From contig CAWBEU010000010.1 in the NCBI GenBank assembly GCA_963787975.1, forward strand, positions 27,272-91,271: DNA of 64,000 bases. Reading direction: 5' to 3'. Below are positions 62,300 to 64,000 of the stretch, one piece after another (within the stretch, counting starts at the first letter, position 1; each line of letters begins with the position of its first letter). Below the pieces are notes generated by a model. That model ran no database searches. It saw nothing but the letters and a program-made list of their open reading frames with translations, and was not told where the DNA came from. Made by a program: the position numbers and the translations under genes. This stretch comes from an uncultured Thermoplasmata archaeon (GTDB taxonomy: Archaea; Thermoplasmatota; Thermoplasmata; Lutacidiplasmatales; UBA184).

Positions 62300-62602
62300 A
62301 TGGGTCAATTCACTGCCTATGTGTTCCAGGAAGAGGGACGTTACCGGATTGTCATCGACGGGCTCGGGACGGATTCAGCGGCGTCGTTGTTCGAGGCCGA
62401 GGACGCGGCACGACGGTTGATCGAACGCCACGTAAGGGCCTCCTATCCCGAACGGGGCCCCTCCGCTCCCGTCGATGCCCTCGGCGCGATGAACTTCCAG
62501 CTCGAGATCGTCCGCTCGGACGGTTCCCGGGAACGGCGGGAGCTCTGGGTCCGCACCCGGAGGGCCTCTACGCATCGGAGGGGGGACGTCGACTATCCCT
62601 AG
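62300..62602 (+). CDS. Hypothetical protein
   Basis: The in-frame ATG 62300 of ORF 62051..62602 gives a 100-aa product (MGQFTAYVFQEEGRYRIVIDGLGTDSAASLFEAEDAARRLIERHV...). No family recognised. Confidence 0.3.
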   Translation: MGQFTAYVFQEEGRYRIVIDGLGTDSAASLFEAEDAARRLIERHVRASYPERGPSAPVDALGAMNFQLEIVRSDGSRERRELWVRTRRASTHRRGDVDYP

Positions 62603-62616
62603 GAACAGGAAGGAAC

Positions 62617-63174
62617 ATGCTCCAGCTCGGGTATGACCCTCGCGTGATGGGTGTAACCAGTGCCCGGCTCAAGGACGGTCGAACCGCTGTCCTCCGGCCG
62701 GCGGTCCCCGACGACGCCCAGATGATCACGGATTTCGTCAACGTCATTGGCGCCGAGGGGAGATTCGTCCTGCGCGAGCGGGCCACTTGGAGCGTCGCGG
62801 AGGAGCGCGGGACCCTCGGAGCAGCGGACGGACAGCGAGCCGCGTTCTTCGTGGCGGAGGTCTCCGGTCGCCTGAGCGGGATAATCAATCTCAGCCGCGG
62901 TCAGTGGACGAAGGACGCGCACCTCGCCGAGTTCGGGATGTCTTGCCTCCCTGACTGCCGAGGAGTCGGACTCGGGACTGCTCTCTTGGCTCGAGGGATG
63001 GCGTGGGCGCGGTCCGTCGGGGTGCGCAAGCTGACCTTGGAGGTCTTCGCGAGCAACGACCGGGCGATTGCGCTCTACCGCAAGGCAGGGTTCGTTGAGG
63101 AGGCGCGTCTCCGAGGACAGTATCTCATCGACGGGCAACCCGTGGATGGGGTCCTGATGGCCCTGTGGCTCTGA
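62617..63174 (+). CDS. GNAT family N-acetyltransferase
   Basis: Within ORF 62272..63174; ATG 62617 follows AGGAAGGAA. Contains CLPDCRGVGLGTALL (the acetyl-CoA motif A R/Q-x-x-G-x-G/A) and NDRAIALYRKAGFVEE. Confidence 0.8.
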   Translation: MLQLGYDPRVMGVTSARLKDGRTAVLRPAVPDDAQMITDFVNVIGAEGRFVLRERATWSVAEERGTLGAADGQRAAFFVAEVSGRLSGIINLSRGQWTKDAHLAEFGMSCLPDCRGVGLGTALLARGMAWARSVGVRKLTLEVFASNDRAIALYRKAGFVEEARLRGQYLIDGQPVDGVLMALWL

Positions 63175-63396
63175 ACCCGTTCACGTCCCATCCCTCGACC
63201 GAGTCGACCCACGCCCCCTGAGAAACGGCCCGAGGACCATTAACTCCCTCGGAACGTTTTCGCACATTCCGTGGAGCCACCAGCCGTTCTGGACGCGACG
63301 GCTCGGTAGCTCATGGCGCGTAAGGACCGTACGCTCCGGGCGCCGCAGCGGAGAGCTAAAGTTCGATAGGGTCCGCTCCCATCGGGTCCGGCTGGA

Positions 63397-64000
63397 ATGA
63401 CCGATGAGGAACTCCCCGGCGGTTTTCAGACGCTGAGCGATCTGCGAAACGTCGCCGAGAGGCGGCTCTCCCCCGAGGTCTGGGCCTACGTCGAAGGCGG
63501 AGCGGGGGAGGAGTACACACTCCAAGAAAACCGGACGGCTTTCCGCCGGTGGCGCTTGCGACCCCGGTATCTCGCCGGTATCCGGGCCGTAGACCTTCGA
63601 ACGACCCTGCTCGATGCCGCCGTCGCGAGTCCTGTCTACATCTCGCCCACCGCGTACCATGGCCTCGTCCACCCGTCCGCGGAGGCGGCCACCGCGAAAG
63701 CCGCCAGCGCGGCCGGCGTTCTCGCAATGTACAGCGCCCTGTCGTCGCTATCGCTCGAGGCGATCGCGACCGCGGCCCCCGCGGGGCCGAGGTGGTTCCA
63801 GCTCTATCTCCAGCCCGACTTCCGGGTGACCCGGGAGCTCGTAGAGCGGGCCGAAAACGCAGGCTACACCGCCCTCGTGTTGACCGTCGACGCACCGGTC
63901 CTCGGGCCTCGGGATCGCCAAACCCGGGATGGCGTCGCGATTCGGTCCCCCGTGCCGATCGGGAATGGACCGCACGTCGTCCCCCCAGCCCGCGCGCCGG
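63397..64000 (+). CDS. FMN-dependent alpha-hydroxy acid dehydrogenase/oxidase (L-lactate dehydrogenase/glycolate oxidase family), N-terminal part running off the window
   Basis: Absent from the ORF track (no stop in the window). My translation from ATG 63397: MTDEELPGGFQTLSDLRNVAERRLSPEVWAYVEGGAGEEYTLQENRTAFRRWRLRPR...SPTAYHGL...PRWFQLYLQPD...ALVLTVDAPVLGPRDRQTRDG. Confidence 0.8.
   Translation, partial: MTDEELPGGFQTLSDLRNVAERRLSPEVWAYVEGGAGEEYTLQENRTAFRRWRLRPRYLAGIRAVDLRTTLLDAAVASPVYISPTAYHGLVHPSAEAATAKAASAAGVLAMYSALSSLSLEAIATAAPAGPRWFQLYLQPDFRVTRELVERAENAGYTALVLTVDAPVLGPRDRQTRDGVAIRSPVPIGNGPHVVPPARAP

Overview
This is a visibly GC-rich archaeal chromosomal segment. Archaeal markers are prefoldin alpha and beta, ribosomal protein LX, KEOPS Pcc1, a tRNA-Gln with an A1:U72 pair, and TATA-like boxes about 26 nt upstream of apparently leaderless starts. 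Several families, such as the Ta0938/TRASH-like protein, hint at Thermoplasmatota, but that is inference only. I count about 73 protein genes and 1 tRNA, tightly packed and often overlapping by 4 nt. Most are housekeeping or central metabolism (ftsY, argS, queC, arcC, purB, GGPP synthase, pyruvate kinase, citrate synthase, amt). Many small redox or detoxification enzymes are mixed in: DinB x2, MBL x3, VOC, CMD, Rieske, SRPBCC and MsrB. I saw no rRNA, CRISPR array, transposase or integrase.

The most unusual locus is a four-gene operon at 31.4-35.2 kb. It couples an SPFH/flotillin-like membrane protein to an Arf-like P-loop GTPase, a protein whose N-terminus resembles GAP1-N domains, and a paralogous pseudo-GTPase with Walker-A Lys replaced by Leu. 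A convergent orphan of up to 572 aa abuts it.

Other points of note:
- Three genes (argS, a zinc-ribbon membrane protein, a VOC enzyme) are each interrupted by what looks like a single extra base.
- A heme-oxygenase-like enzyme sits in an operon with a TRASH-like Cys-rich protein.
- A 0.7 kb ORF-free, stem-rich spacer lies next to a vapBC pair.
- The ThiI-like protein has a degenerate PP-loop.

Start codons were chosen by eye and are less certain than stops. Homology calls rest on motif recognition, not on searches.
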